The notes beneath the pieces were generated by a model. That model ran no database searches. It saw only the letters and a list, made by a program, of their open reading frames with translations, and was not told the DNA's origin. A stretch of 64,000 bases of DNA, from contig OZ176051.1 in assembly GCA_964247055.1 (NCBI GenBank), forward strand, positions 12,090,001-12,154,000. The letters are read 5' to 3'. This DNA is from Paragordius varius (taxonomy: Eukaryota > Animalia > Nematomorpha). Below are positions 41,701-52,120 of the stretch, piece by piece; position 1 is the first letter of the stretch; each line of letters starts with the position of its first letter. A program made the translations under genes and the position numbers.

Positions 41701-44700
41701 CATAATTAACGATAATATATAAATTTATTAATATTTTTGTTGTTGTGAAAAGGTGGTGGAAATTTACTCAATTCTCAATTACATGGATCATCTCAACACG
41801 TGCTCAATGCTCACATGGGCCCAACAGTTGTTCCGATTTCTAATATAACTGCTCTCCTAGGAAATACAGGGGTAATCCCTTTTTACCACATAAAATTTTG
41901 GGTTAAGTAAAAGTTATTAAATATCAAATTTTGTTGTTCATAGCCTTAAACCATAATAATAATTGAAAATATAGTAACAATATACCAGTTACGAATTACT
42001 AACACAATCAAATTCACCCTCAAATAAATCAAATTCACCCTTGGACAATTCGAATTCACCCTAAAATCAATTATGTGTTTTTAAACTCATATAACTCATT
42101 ATTAGTAAAAAATATATATCTTTATGGCTTAGTCTTTTATTTTTTCAGTAGTATTTAAATTTTAAACAAAATTCGTTTTTTAAAAATATAAAAAAATAGG
42201 TAATATTTAATTTTAAAGCCGATAATCTATTTTAGGGTAAATTTGAATTGTTCGAGGGTGAAAGGGTGAAATTGAATTGTTCTAAAGTGATAATATTCTT
42301 TCCACAATCGAAATTATTTGCGCTGTGGGATCAATAAATATTATTTTGCTTAAAAAAGTATTAGTTATATAATTTTTACGTTTTTTTCAATTTTTTTATT
42401 AATAATAAAAAAACATGTATAGAGATTTTTTCCCAGCTGAAACAATTAATCTATACGTGTTATTAATGGAGTATCGATTCTTGTAATTTTTTCCCCCATA
42501 AAATGGCTAAAAATTATATTTTAATAAGAAAAATAATATAATCAAATTTGTTTTGTAGGGAACTTTAACTCCGGCCAACTTAGCAGGGGCTACTTTGTTA
42601 AGCCCAACGGGAGGTGCTTATGCTGCTCAGGTTTCAAATACATAAAAAATATAATCTTAATTTTATTTTTATTTAATTATTAAAATCAGGTATTTTATAA
42701 TAATATTATTATTACTATTATTTAATTTTATAAACATACATTTTTATGGTAGATTTTGCAACAAAACGCCAGTAATCCAACATATGCCACGTATGTTGCG
42801 TCAGGTCAGCACATCCAACAAATAATGCCCCAAGGTAACTGAAAATTATAATTATATCTTTGAAATGTTATGCTATAACAAATAGGGGTTATGGCTTTTG
42901 ACGAGTCAGTCAAAAATAAAAACCAACCTAACAGCTCACAAAATCAATCATTTAAGTTACTAAACCATAAGAAATTATATTTTATATCAATTAAAACGGA
43001 TTGAAAAATGCTTTTAAATATAAGTACAAATTTACTCCATCCATATTGTTGACGTGACAAACATATGAGTAAAAGTGTTAGATATTTTAAAAAACGGTCA
43101 CAGTGAAATATCAAGAGAAATCAGCCCAAATACATAATTAAAAATATTAACCAAACTTATTTATGCACAAATATCTATCATATATCAAATAAAATAATTC
43201 ATCTTCTATTTATTGTTTTGTTTTACTTTAATGTTTTTAACAGTTGGGGAAATATACATGTTATTTGGTGGCCTCGTAGCCTGGTTTAATTATAATAATT
43301 AATATGTGTGCAAAATTGTAAACTTCTCCGTTATGTTAGTTAACTTTTACTCTTTTATTTAGTAGAGATAGGGGAAGAAAGTTAATAAGATGAAAATCAA
43401 TAGTGCACATCATTTTATCATTCGTAAAATTTTTGTTAAAAAACCAATTTTTTTTTAAATTGATTATTCTTAAATATTTGTCTGTGCAAATTAATTAGTA
43501 ATTCTTAAAGACCGGACAATCATCCATATCTTGTAAGTAAATTTGCTTTTTTTAAAATTTATTTAAAAATATAGCAACTACTAGTATCAAGGTTTTCCTT
43601 TTTGAAACATTGTTTATTTGAGTTATTTAAAGGAGAATATTTGCCCCGAAAAGTAAAAAATCAAATGACCTAATATAAAATGGAATAAATTAATTGAATT
43701 GTCAATAAGTTTAATTGATTTTTGTTGTCAATACTAAATATTTATAATGAAAACAAACAAACTAAGGTGTATCGGGTAAAATGTTATATCATAAGATTTT
43801 TAAACAACAATTAATTCAATATACATAATTTTATATTATAAAATAAGGAAGAAATGCGATGCTCCATAAATATATTGTATAATTGATTTTAAATTATTTT
43901 CCTTTCCCATTCATTTGATTATCATATCATCTTTTGTAATTCATATTCAATTATGCGATTCCGTTAAAAGTAAGATTTGATTATTCAAAATTAAATTTTT
44001 TTAAATATTATGAAAGAGTTGAGGCCATTTTGAACATTAAGAGCAGCTCTTGCCTGTACCTCTTAATTTATTGATATTCAAACGAAACCATGTTTTCATA
44101 GTTAAAACGTATTAATTTTATTTTACTGGTAATGTATATGTAATAGTACAAACGATAAAATGTTTTTTTAGCGATTAACTAAAACTATTTCATCTTATAT
44201 TAATTTTTAAATAAGATAAACATATGTTTTAGATATTATATATATATCCTGATAAAAATATATATTGTGATAGAAAAATATATCATAATCATCAAGGTGC
44301 TTTTGGCCATTGAATCGTTACCACATATTGAATAAAAATTTTTGCTGAATGCTAAATGTATAAAAAATATTACTTAAATATATTAGATATTACGTATAAA
44401 CAGCAAAATAAAATTTTATAAAATTTATAAATTTTGATATGGGCTTTGGATGGCTTAAATTTTTGGATACAACTAATATAGGCAAGTTTTTTTTAAAATA
44501 AAGGCGATAAGCGATTAATATTTTGAAATGTACGATAAATTTTGACAAATGGATATTTTGCTTGATAATTTAATTTAGAGCATAATATTGATGAAGCGAA
44601 CTTTATATATTTTGAATGATGTAAACGGTAAAAAATAAAGATATTATGTTAACATATTTTTGTCTATATTCCCGTGATGCAGAATATTTATCACAGAGTT

Positions 44701-47700
44701 TTAATTTAAAGGTTCGTTTGCTATGAATTTTTCTAAAATCAACAAAATACATTTAACATAAATTAGAAAATCAACTATGTTAATCAAAATTCCGAGGTAA
44801 CAGAAATGCTTAGAATCATCAAATTTTATGAAAAATGTTTTTATACCGTTTCCATCATACAACAAAATAGCATGAATATCGATATTTTATTAAATTTTTA
44901 TACAAAGCATGCATTAAACAATATGTTTGTTTGATGCATAATCTAGCATATATTTATGGCGAAATCTCGGCATTTTTGTGTTTTAGGGAATCACTATTAA
45001 ATATTGAGACTTTCGACCCACATCTAAAAAAATTTATGATAATATTGTTTTCATTTTTAAATATATATATATATATAATATGTAGTTGGTATTTTATGAA
45101 AAAACGTTAAACTTTTACCAAAAAAAATTATCAAACATTGTTTACGTATTTTTGTGATGTAACCAAAGAGATCAACCAATCCAAAAATGTAAACTTTGTT
45201 ATATCACGTTTAAAACCAAAAGCACCATAAAAATCATTATACTTTATCTATCTGAATAAATAAATTATATATACGTATATATATTTCACTATGGGCACAA
45301 TTTTTGTAAAGCCCGTAGTAGTAAAATCATTGTCCAAAACATTTGACATTTCTGAATTTTATTCCATCAATATATATAGTATATATATATAATTAACAGA
45401 TTTAAGCCCAGGAAACGTAAATTTTGTTTCTTCATTGGTGACTGGGGGGAGTTGCAGTAGTCTTGTAAGCGGATGTGGAGTCCCGGGTAGCCTTTCTCTA
45501 ACTCAAACGACAAAAAGTCAACAATCTATCGATAATGATAAAATTGATAAAAATGAGCAAAGTGAAAGCTTTAACGAAAACAATATAAATACTATTATCA
45601 AAATTTCAAATCAATACACCTGTGGTTTGGAAAATAGTACATCGAACGCCGTAATCGAATCTGGTGCCGTCATGTATGGCTTAAATGATACCTCAAAACC
45701 GCCTAAGAACGTCAATAATAACACTTGTGGCAAAAATATTGATCTTAATGGAGAAACTACCCAAAATACACACCACCATAATTCAAATCATAATGATAAA
45801 ATTGACCCCAGCAATGAAACAACTATAATTAACCATCTTGGAAATAAAAACGAAGATACTACTTCTTCGTTTGAAAAAGGATTAAATGGATTTGCTGGTA
45901 AAAACGACTCGACATCACTGATGATGACTGATATGTTGTTTGCTAAAGGACAGTTGACTTATTCGAATGGGCTTAATGGTAATGGAGCACAATCTAACCA
46001 TTCATCACCCCAATCAATTATAATGGGGGGAGAAGATGAAATTATCGGGATACCGTCTTTCAAACAATATGGATCATTAAATTGTCATAGGTTAATTTTA
46101 ATTTTTTGATCACCTATTTCGTTCCACTTTGTAAAGGACTCAAACTTAAATTTATATATTATTATAATCATAAGCCGCGGATAAATTATTTTATGATTTA
46201 AAAAGTTAACAGATGTTAAAAGTTTAGCAGTACAATTACAAATACAGTATGAGTAAGTATACGTTGCTAGAAAGTCATCAATTATTGCCAAATAGCATAT
46301 ACAGCAAAGGGCACTATTATTAGCGAATAGTTATTTTTTTAACTTTTTATTATTATTTTTTAATAATGATTTACTTGTTGCATATGCTATTTGGCAATAA
46401 TTAATAACTTTATAGCAGCACATACTAACTCATACTGTAATATACCAACAATTTTCATAAATATAGCGATTTAGCTAAATAAGTCATAAAACGGAAAAAT
46501 AATTATTTCAATGAAAATAACCGCATATTGAAAATAAAGAAAATCTCTGAAACATATCAAAAATTTACTGTGAATGGCAGTAATCAATTTTGTTTTGATA
46601 TGGGGGGGAGGGGGGGGCACTTAGATTTTAAGAAATGACGTGTTATTGTTTATTTTAAACTAAAAATAAAATTTTATTATGCTGTAAGGCCTATAATTTG
46701 ATATGGTTCAATAGAGTAAAAAACGGTAAAGCCCCAAAGTTTTTTTCATAAACCTAGATGTTTATTTATATGATATTTTTTCATGAATCATATAGTCAAA
46801 ATAACACAGTAAATGGATTTGGAACGTACCCCCAAATCGCTATTGGGGCAACGAATTCGATTGCGCCAAACAATATAATATCAGGACAACAGAATCAAAA
46901 TTCTTCGGGTACACATGTGACATACTTAGATCAATTGTATGGTTCAGACATGACATTGGCCGCTTTAGCTGCGAATGGTCAAACAGCTGCAGTTATTAAT
47001 CCCTTGACAGGTGAATTAATAAAATCAATTGATGTATAAAGTTAAAAAAATATGTGGTAAATATACCATTTGCACTTCAAGAGTGTCCTTAAACAATTCA
47101 AGTTGGTCCTTGAACATTTCAATCCAAAATTATTTTAAAAATTTAATAAAGATATACGGTTTTTCAAAGATTAAAAGTTGATATCGATTTAAAATTTATG
47201 TTAAATAATATAGGTTAAAACAATAAAATAGATGAATTATTTACGATATTTGATTGATAAAAAATAAAAAAACAAAAAAGTCAAAGGACCAACTTGAACT
47301 GTTCAAGGACCAACTTGAATTGTTCAAGGACCAACTTGAAATGTTCAAGGACCAACTTGAAGTGTTCAAGGACACTCTTGAAGTGCAAATGTATTCAAAA
47401 ATCTAAGGAGGCAAATATCAAATTGAAGCAAAAATTTTTCGTAAAAGTTATTTTTAAAAAGCTTGACCACTAGATCATAGTCATATAGTTATTTAATTAA
47501 ACAAATTTATGATGTAAATAAATGGTAATATCAATATATAGCATATTCGTTGGATTCATCTTTTTTGTCAGCTCAACCAGGAACCGCGTTTCAACAAATT
47601 CAAGCACTTCAATATGGTAAATTATATTAGATTTTATCACTTAGGTTAAAATTTCGTTTAAAATTATTTTATATTTATAACCAAATTTGAAAATATAAAT

Positions 47701-49394
47701 GGTATACATTATTTTTAAAACTATCCTAACATTCGACCGACCAGTTAGGCAAAATCATGTGTATCTTTGGGAACAATTTTTATTTAGATTATTTTTTGAT
47801 AAATTGGTCGCATAATATATTTTGATAACTTATAGACTATATTACTTTTTTTAGCTTATCCCACAGCTTTGTACAATGCGTACAATCAAACATTTCCAAG
47901 TCAACTGACAACTAATGTGGCCAGTCAAAATATCACCAATCAACACCAAAGAGAAGGTGAATTAATTCAATCTTAAAGTAGAGGATTAATACGACAATGT
48001 ATATGTCCACAGAAATTTTATTCACATAAATTGAGCATCACCACTTAAACAGTTCAAAAACCTATTTTGTAAAAATTTTCATGTGATATTTTACTTGATA
48101 GGAAAGTATTAAAAATATATAACTAGGACTTTTATCGTCCTCGGCGAAAAAGGCAGATTTCTGGTTGTTTAATTACATTAAATCCTGGAATATATACGAT
48201 TTAAATGATGAGGAATCTCAGAGCTATTGTTTTGTATCATATTGATAATTTATTTTAAATTTTGTAGTTATTGATCTGCAAAAAGTCGCTAAAATAGCAC
48301 TTATTGATTAAATATATTTTTTTAAAAACGGAGGCTTGCTCGCATATATTATTGAATATGTCTAAGCCAAACAATCTAATTTTTAATTTTGCTGCGAAAA
48401 TATTTTTTATGAGCAATTTTTATAAAATAACTAGTAAAATGCCGAGATTGCGCGACAATCTTTAACATATGTTATAATAAACACAATAAAGGTTATTTTT
48501 AAAAAATGCATATATTGCTCAAATAATAAATTTAACAAAATTTTGTTACACCATATTTCATAGTATATTGAAGCAATAGGGAAAAGATGTAAAGTTTTTC
48601 ATATAATTCGATATTAATGAAGATTTCTATGACCTCAGAATTAATAAAAATAATAGTTCGCTAAATTTTTGTAATTTTTTACCTAATATAAATTTATATT
48701 TAATTTATGATGTGATAATCTTTTGCCTTATGAGGCTAAGACAAAAAATATTTTTTATATTATCTTAAAGCGTTTTTTATACCGCTTTCAGCATGCTTTA
48801 ATATACCATAAATTATACTACAACAAAATTTTATTGAATTTAACCATAAGCAAAATACGCATTTATTAGCTTATATTGCTCCCAGGCACTTTTAATTTAT
48901 TGTATAGAGCTAGTGCTGCTAGTGCTTATAGAGCACACATCTACAAATTAAAATTGTATACAAATATTGATTTGTTCGTAAATATTAATAAAATTTTGAA
49001 TTATTATAATTTATCATCAATAGGGCCGGAAGGATGCAATCTTTTCATCTATCATCTACCGCAAGAGTTTGGAGATGCCGAACTTATGCAGATGTTTGTC
49101 CCTTTCGGTTCAGTCATTAGCGCTAAAGTGTTCGTTGATAAGGCCACCAATCAAAGCAAATGTTTTGGTAAAATATTTTCAGTTAACATGGTTAATTTTA
49201 TATTTATTATAAGACTAAAATTGTATTTATACAAAATTACTATTGTTTATGTAATAATTTTATTAGGTTTTGTAAGTTATGATAACCCAACGAGTGCCCA
49301 AGCAGCGATACAATCCATGAATGGTTTTCAGATCGGGATGAAACGACTCAAAGTTCAGTTAAAACGGCCAAAGGATGCGAGCAAGCCATATTAG
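26780..49394 (+). CDS. CELF4: CUGBP Elav-like family RNA-binding protein, CELF3-6 class (CELF4/unc-75/bruno-3-like), 3 RRMs, about 1145 aa
   Basis: 17 phase-consistent exons: 26780-27608, 27691-27773, 33399-33576, 33700-33779, 38785-38954, 39552-39708, 40734-40928, 41312-41459, 41753-41871, 42559-42630, 42753-42834, 45400-46090, 46796-47010, 47572-47616, 47855-47956, 49024-49167, 49267-49394 (TAG). RRM1 is [10 protein letters not shown]…GCAFLTY. RRM2 is RKLFVGML…[15 protein letters not shown]3 is [27 protein letters not shown]…[17 protein letters not shown], characteristic of CELF3-6. The symbol marks the subfamily; the gene is probably co-orthologous to CELF3-6. The start codon and linker exon boundaries are less certain than the RRM exons. 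Confidence 0.93.
28998..29194. mobile_element. Tc1/mariner-type MITE (family A, copy 2)
   Basis: TA|CAGTAAGAGTAAGTATAT…ATATACTTATTCATACTG|TA termini, palindromic interior. Confidence 0.85.
30059..30284. mobile_element. hAT MITE (family D)
   Basis: Perfect 8-bp TSD CTCTAAAT on both sides, termini CAGCAGGGGGTTGTCAA / TTGGGCATTCCTG, internal GCGGCCCGCG repeats. Confidence 0.8.
32110..33075 (+). mobile_element. Decayed, 5'-truncated RTE-clade non-LTR retrotransposon (reverse transcriptase C-terminal part) in CELF intron 2
   Basis: Broken frames give [32 protein letters not shown] (the YADD-type box), [11 protein letters not shown] and RGRPPMRW, all RTE/BovB-like motifs. It ends in an (AACC)n tail. 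Many stops and frameshifts. Confidence 0.85.
33900..34104. mobile_element. Small GC-rich TIR MITE (probably hAT-type)
   Basis: TIRs CAGAGGCGTAGCT / AGCTACGCCTCTA, with a degenerate 8-bp flank attactta/attaccca. Confidence 0.65.
35722..36294. mobile_element. piggyBac-like TTAA MITE (family B, reversed) nested in the hAT element
   Basis: TTAA|CTCTTCGATTCAAATTGGGG…GTATCCAAGTG|TTGA termini. Confidence 0.8.
37364..37928. mobile_element. piggyBac-like TTAA MITE (family B) nested in the hAT transposase
   Basis: TTAA|CACTTGG…GAAGTG|TTAA termini. Removing the element and one TTAA restores the local transposase frame TGG ATA ACA TTA AAA CCA GAA TTT AAT TGG (WITLKPEFNW). Confidence 0.88.
38732..38762. 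repeat. (TA)n microsatellite
   Basis: TA run about 20 nt upstream of the CELF exon 5 acceptor. Confidence 0.9.
40201..40608. mobile_element. Foldback-type element (family F1) with 21-bp tandem arrays in both arms
   Basis: TATA|TCATTTACAGTTCAAATT…AATTTGAATTGTAAATGG|TATA termini. The right arm has about 7 copies of gggtgaatttgaattgttcaa. Confidence 0.8.
42005..42285. mobile_element. Degenerate foldback element (family F1)
   Basis: tcaaattcaccct units at left and inverted agggtgaa(a)ttgaattgtt units at right. The spacer resembles the spacer of 40201-40608. Termini are eroded. Confidence 0.6.
44600..44870. repeat. Palindromic dispersed repeat (family K)
   Basis: atgatgtaaacggtaaaa…ttataccgtttccatcat inverted pair, related to 57343-57622. 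Confidence 0.45.
46245..46437. mobile_element. Tc1/mariner-type MITE (family A, copy 3)
   Basis: TA|CAGTATGAGTAAGTAT…ATACTAACTCATACTG|TA termini. Confidence 0.85.
47066..47391. mobile_element. Foldback-type element (family F2) with 21-bp tandem array
   Basis: TA|CCATTTGCACTTCAAGAGTGTCCTT…AAGGACACTCTTGAAGTGCAAATG|TA termini, with about 5 copies of aaggaccaacttgaa(a/c/t/g)tgttc at right. Confidence 0.8.
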
Positions 49395-50610
49395 ATTTGT
49401 CCGAAATATGATCATGTATGTTTTTATGTTATGTGTGTAGCGCAGAATTTTGCCACAAAATAGTTTGAGAGACCACTAAACAGAATCTAAAGAGATCCTG
49501 TCCTGTTGCATTTGAATTACCGAAATCTAATTATTAAATTCTTTTTAAATTTTTTATGATAAATTTTAAGATCGTTTTTTAAAAATTGTCAGAGGATTTT
49601 TCATAATTTACAATATTTTATAGAATTTATAATCATATGGCTTAACTTTTTATTCACATAATATTCCTATCAAAAAATATTTACTTTAATTTATTAATAT
49701 TTTAAAAAACTTAAAACATTTTCATGTTAATTATATTTTAAAGTTTTATTTCTCAAATGCAGCATGACTCCCAACCGGACACTTGTGTGTTTTATTGTAT
49801 GTAAACCCAAAAAATACAAAATTTTTTTTTGTTCATAATTTAATATAACAAAATATCTAATTGATTCAAATTTTATTTCAATTCATCGGCAGCATATCGT
49901 TTTGATGCTGTTTCGGATAAAGCCTTTACACGGCACATGGAGGCAGAAAAAAGATCAGAGCTGAATGCTCCACAAAGGTGTATAATATATGCAGTCCAGG
50001 AAGAAAACAGCGACATTTCCTCCCTGTTGTCACTAAGCTATTGTAAGGTAATTGGAGAGTCTCCATATTTTACCTGTGTTTTAATGTTGTTATCCAAACT
50101 TGCTTCGTAGATTTGTCATGTATTGTTAATATCGTTTTCAATGTTTATGTGTTTTGTAACTATACTAAGCGATTACTCTCAAAAATTTATTCCTGTATAA
50201 AATACTCGATTTAATTTTATCGTTAAAATGTAGTGTCAACCTTTTTTAACCTTTTCAAGCCCATAAATGTTTTGGCTCATATTAGCGCTGTCTCTTAAAT
50301 CTAAAGCAGGTGTAATTTTGTGGAGCGCTCTTGTCAATTTCAGTAGTTCTGTCAGTGTTGGAATTTCACAATATTTATAAATATTCAATTTTTAGTTTAT
50401 TAATTGAATCACTCATTGTGTTAAGCAAAATCATACTGCATTCGATATTACTATAAAATATGCGATGGAAGGCGCATAAAACCCAGAGCTATAAAATAAT
50501 ATCCTAAAATATTAATGTAGAGAACTTAGGTTTAGGTCTCGAGTCATTATTTGGCACTTATATCGGTCGCAAAATTAGCCCACAATATAAAATTGGGCTA
50601 TAGTCTTAAA

Positions 50611-50938
50611 CCGGGATGTCCAACACCCGGCCTTCTGAGATATTATGTGCGGCCCGCGAAAAATTCGCAAAAATTACCAAATGAATACGAATTAATTCTA
50701 CACTTTACGAAAATGTACTCACAACACCTGATGTTATTTCTTAAGAATAATTCTTTCCAATCGTGTATGAAAAAAATTGGTAAAACAAACACTATTTTTA
50801 TAATCTTGCTATTTTTTTGACATTTTTATGTTTGAAATCTAATAAAATATTTATTATTGCCCATATGTTTTAAAATGCAGCCCGTCGGAATTGAGTCAAC
50901 AATGCGGCCCACCAACCCATTTGTGCTGGAAAGCTCAG
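50611..50938. mobile_element. hAT MITE (family D)
   Basis: Left terminus CCGGGATGTCCAA, internal GCGGCCCGCG repeats, degenerate right end ccatttgtgctggaaagctcag. Confidence 0.7.
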
Positions 50939-52120
50939 CTTTAAAACATAAAATTTTATTAAAATTATAAAACATAACTTTACTAAATTTTAATTTTTAA
51001 ATGTAGGAAAGCCTGAGCCTCCCTAAAATGTGCTAGTTTTCGTAAAACAAAAGCGGTAGAATTTTTTTTACATATGGATATTATGACACTAAAAAAATAT
51101 TTTTTAAAATGCCCATTATATTTTTTAATTTATAGAACCGTAAAAATCATGTTTCTATCACCTATAAATTTGAGTTTGAGATTTATTGCCTCCAAATTTA
51201 AAATTAATTTGCAAAAAACATAAACTAAATTAAAGGTAAACAATTTTTACTAAATTAAAGGTAAACAACTTTTCATAAATAGAAATTTTTAGTAACACTT
51301 TTATGTAGATAAATTGTTTTTAAAATTTTAAAGTATTTGTATCCCGTTTCCGTGATTTTGTCATAAATTATGATTAAATTTATAAATAAAAATTTTAAAA
51401 AAGTATACAGTTTTGGTAAATAATTTGTCATAATTTAGTTTATTTTAAAATTTTATCGTGTAATCTCAGCATTTTTGCGTCAAAAAAACTAATTCATTTG
51501 GTGTTCAAAGGGATACTTTTAAAGCCCACAAATTTTAAATCTCATATGTTCTCCCTTTTAATTATAGGATATTTTTAATTTCTTTTCTATTGTAACTGCT
51601 TCCACATATTTAACATATTATGTTAATTTCAGCTTCAAATTTAATATTAAAAATGGTCTCGTAACTCTCGAAACCAACACACGAATACAAATGTTTTTGA
51701 ATCATATGTATATTTCATCAGGACATTTTTTTAAGTGTTTGTGTTCTACAAGAAGTTGCAGTTTTTGAAAAATTAAAATTTTTTTCGCAATGTGGTAAGA
51801 TTCATATGTTAAGTTCCCTTACACAAAAGAATAAATATTCTAGGTTAGTGTTAAAATACCAATTTCAAATTCCTTATATGATTTGAAAAAATAATATCCA
51901 AATATATCAAAATAAAATATAAAATTGTCATATTTTTTTATCAGCCATACATGAATGTTTTGGGCTCAAGGGAAAACATAAACACCTAACACAAAATATA
52001 TATTTAAAATTATATATTTGACAAGCTGCTCAAATCCTAATCCAACCTGTTATCCTAATCTAATTAATACATCCATTTTTTAGTAATTTCATTCGAACAA
52101 GATTAAAATATGGCAACGAC

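Noticed and set aside
43270-43300. tRNA-like 5' sequence ggcctcgtagcctggtttaa
   Set aside because: There is no anticodon arm, T arm or B-box downstream, and no cloverleaf can be drawn.
47281-47385. Short direct-repeat array resembling CRISPR
   Set aside because: The units are head-to-tail 21-mers with no unique spacers, the context is eukaryotic with no cas genes, and they form part of a TIR element.
48431-48470. Second Helitron-like 3' end (hairpin gattg-cgcga-caatc next to CTAG) in CELF intron 15
   Set aside because: I could not find a matching TC 5' end or delimit the element.
6985-49394. U12-type (minor) introns
   Set aside because: None of the reconstructed introns has AT-AC ends or the RTATCCTT donor.
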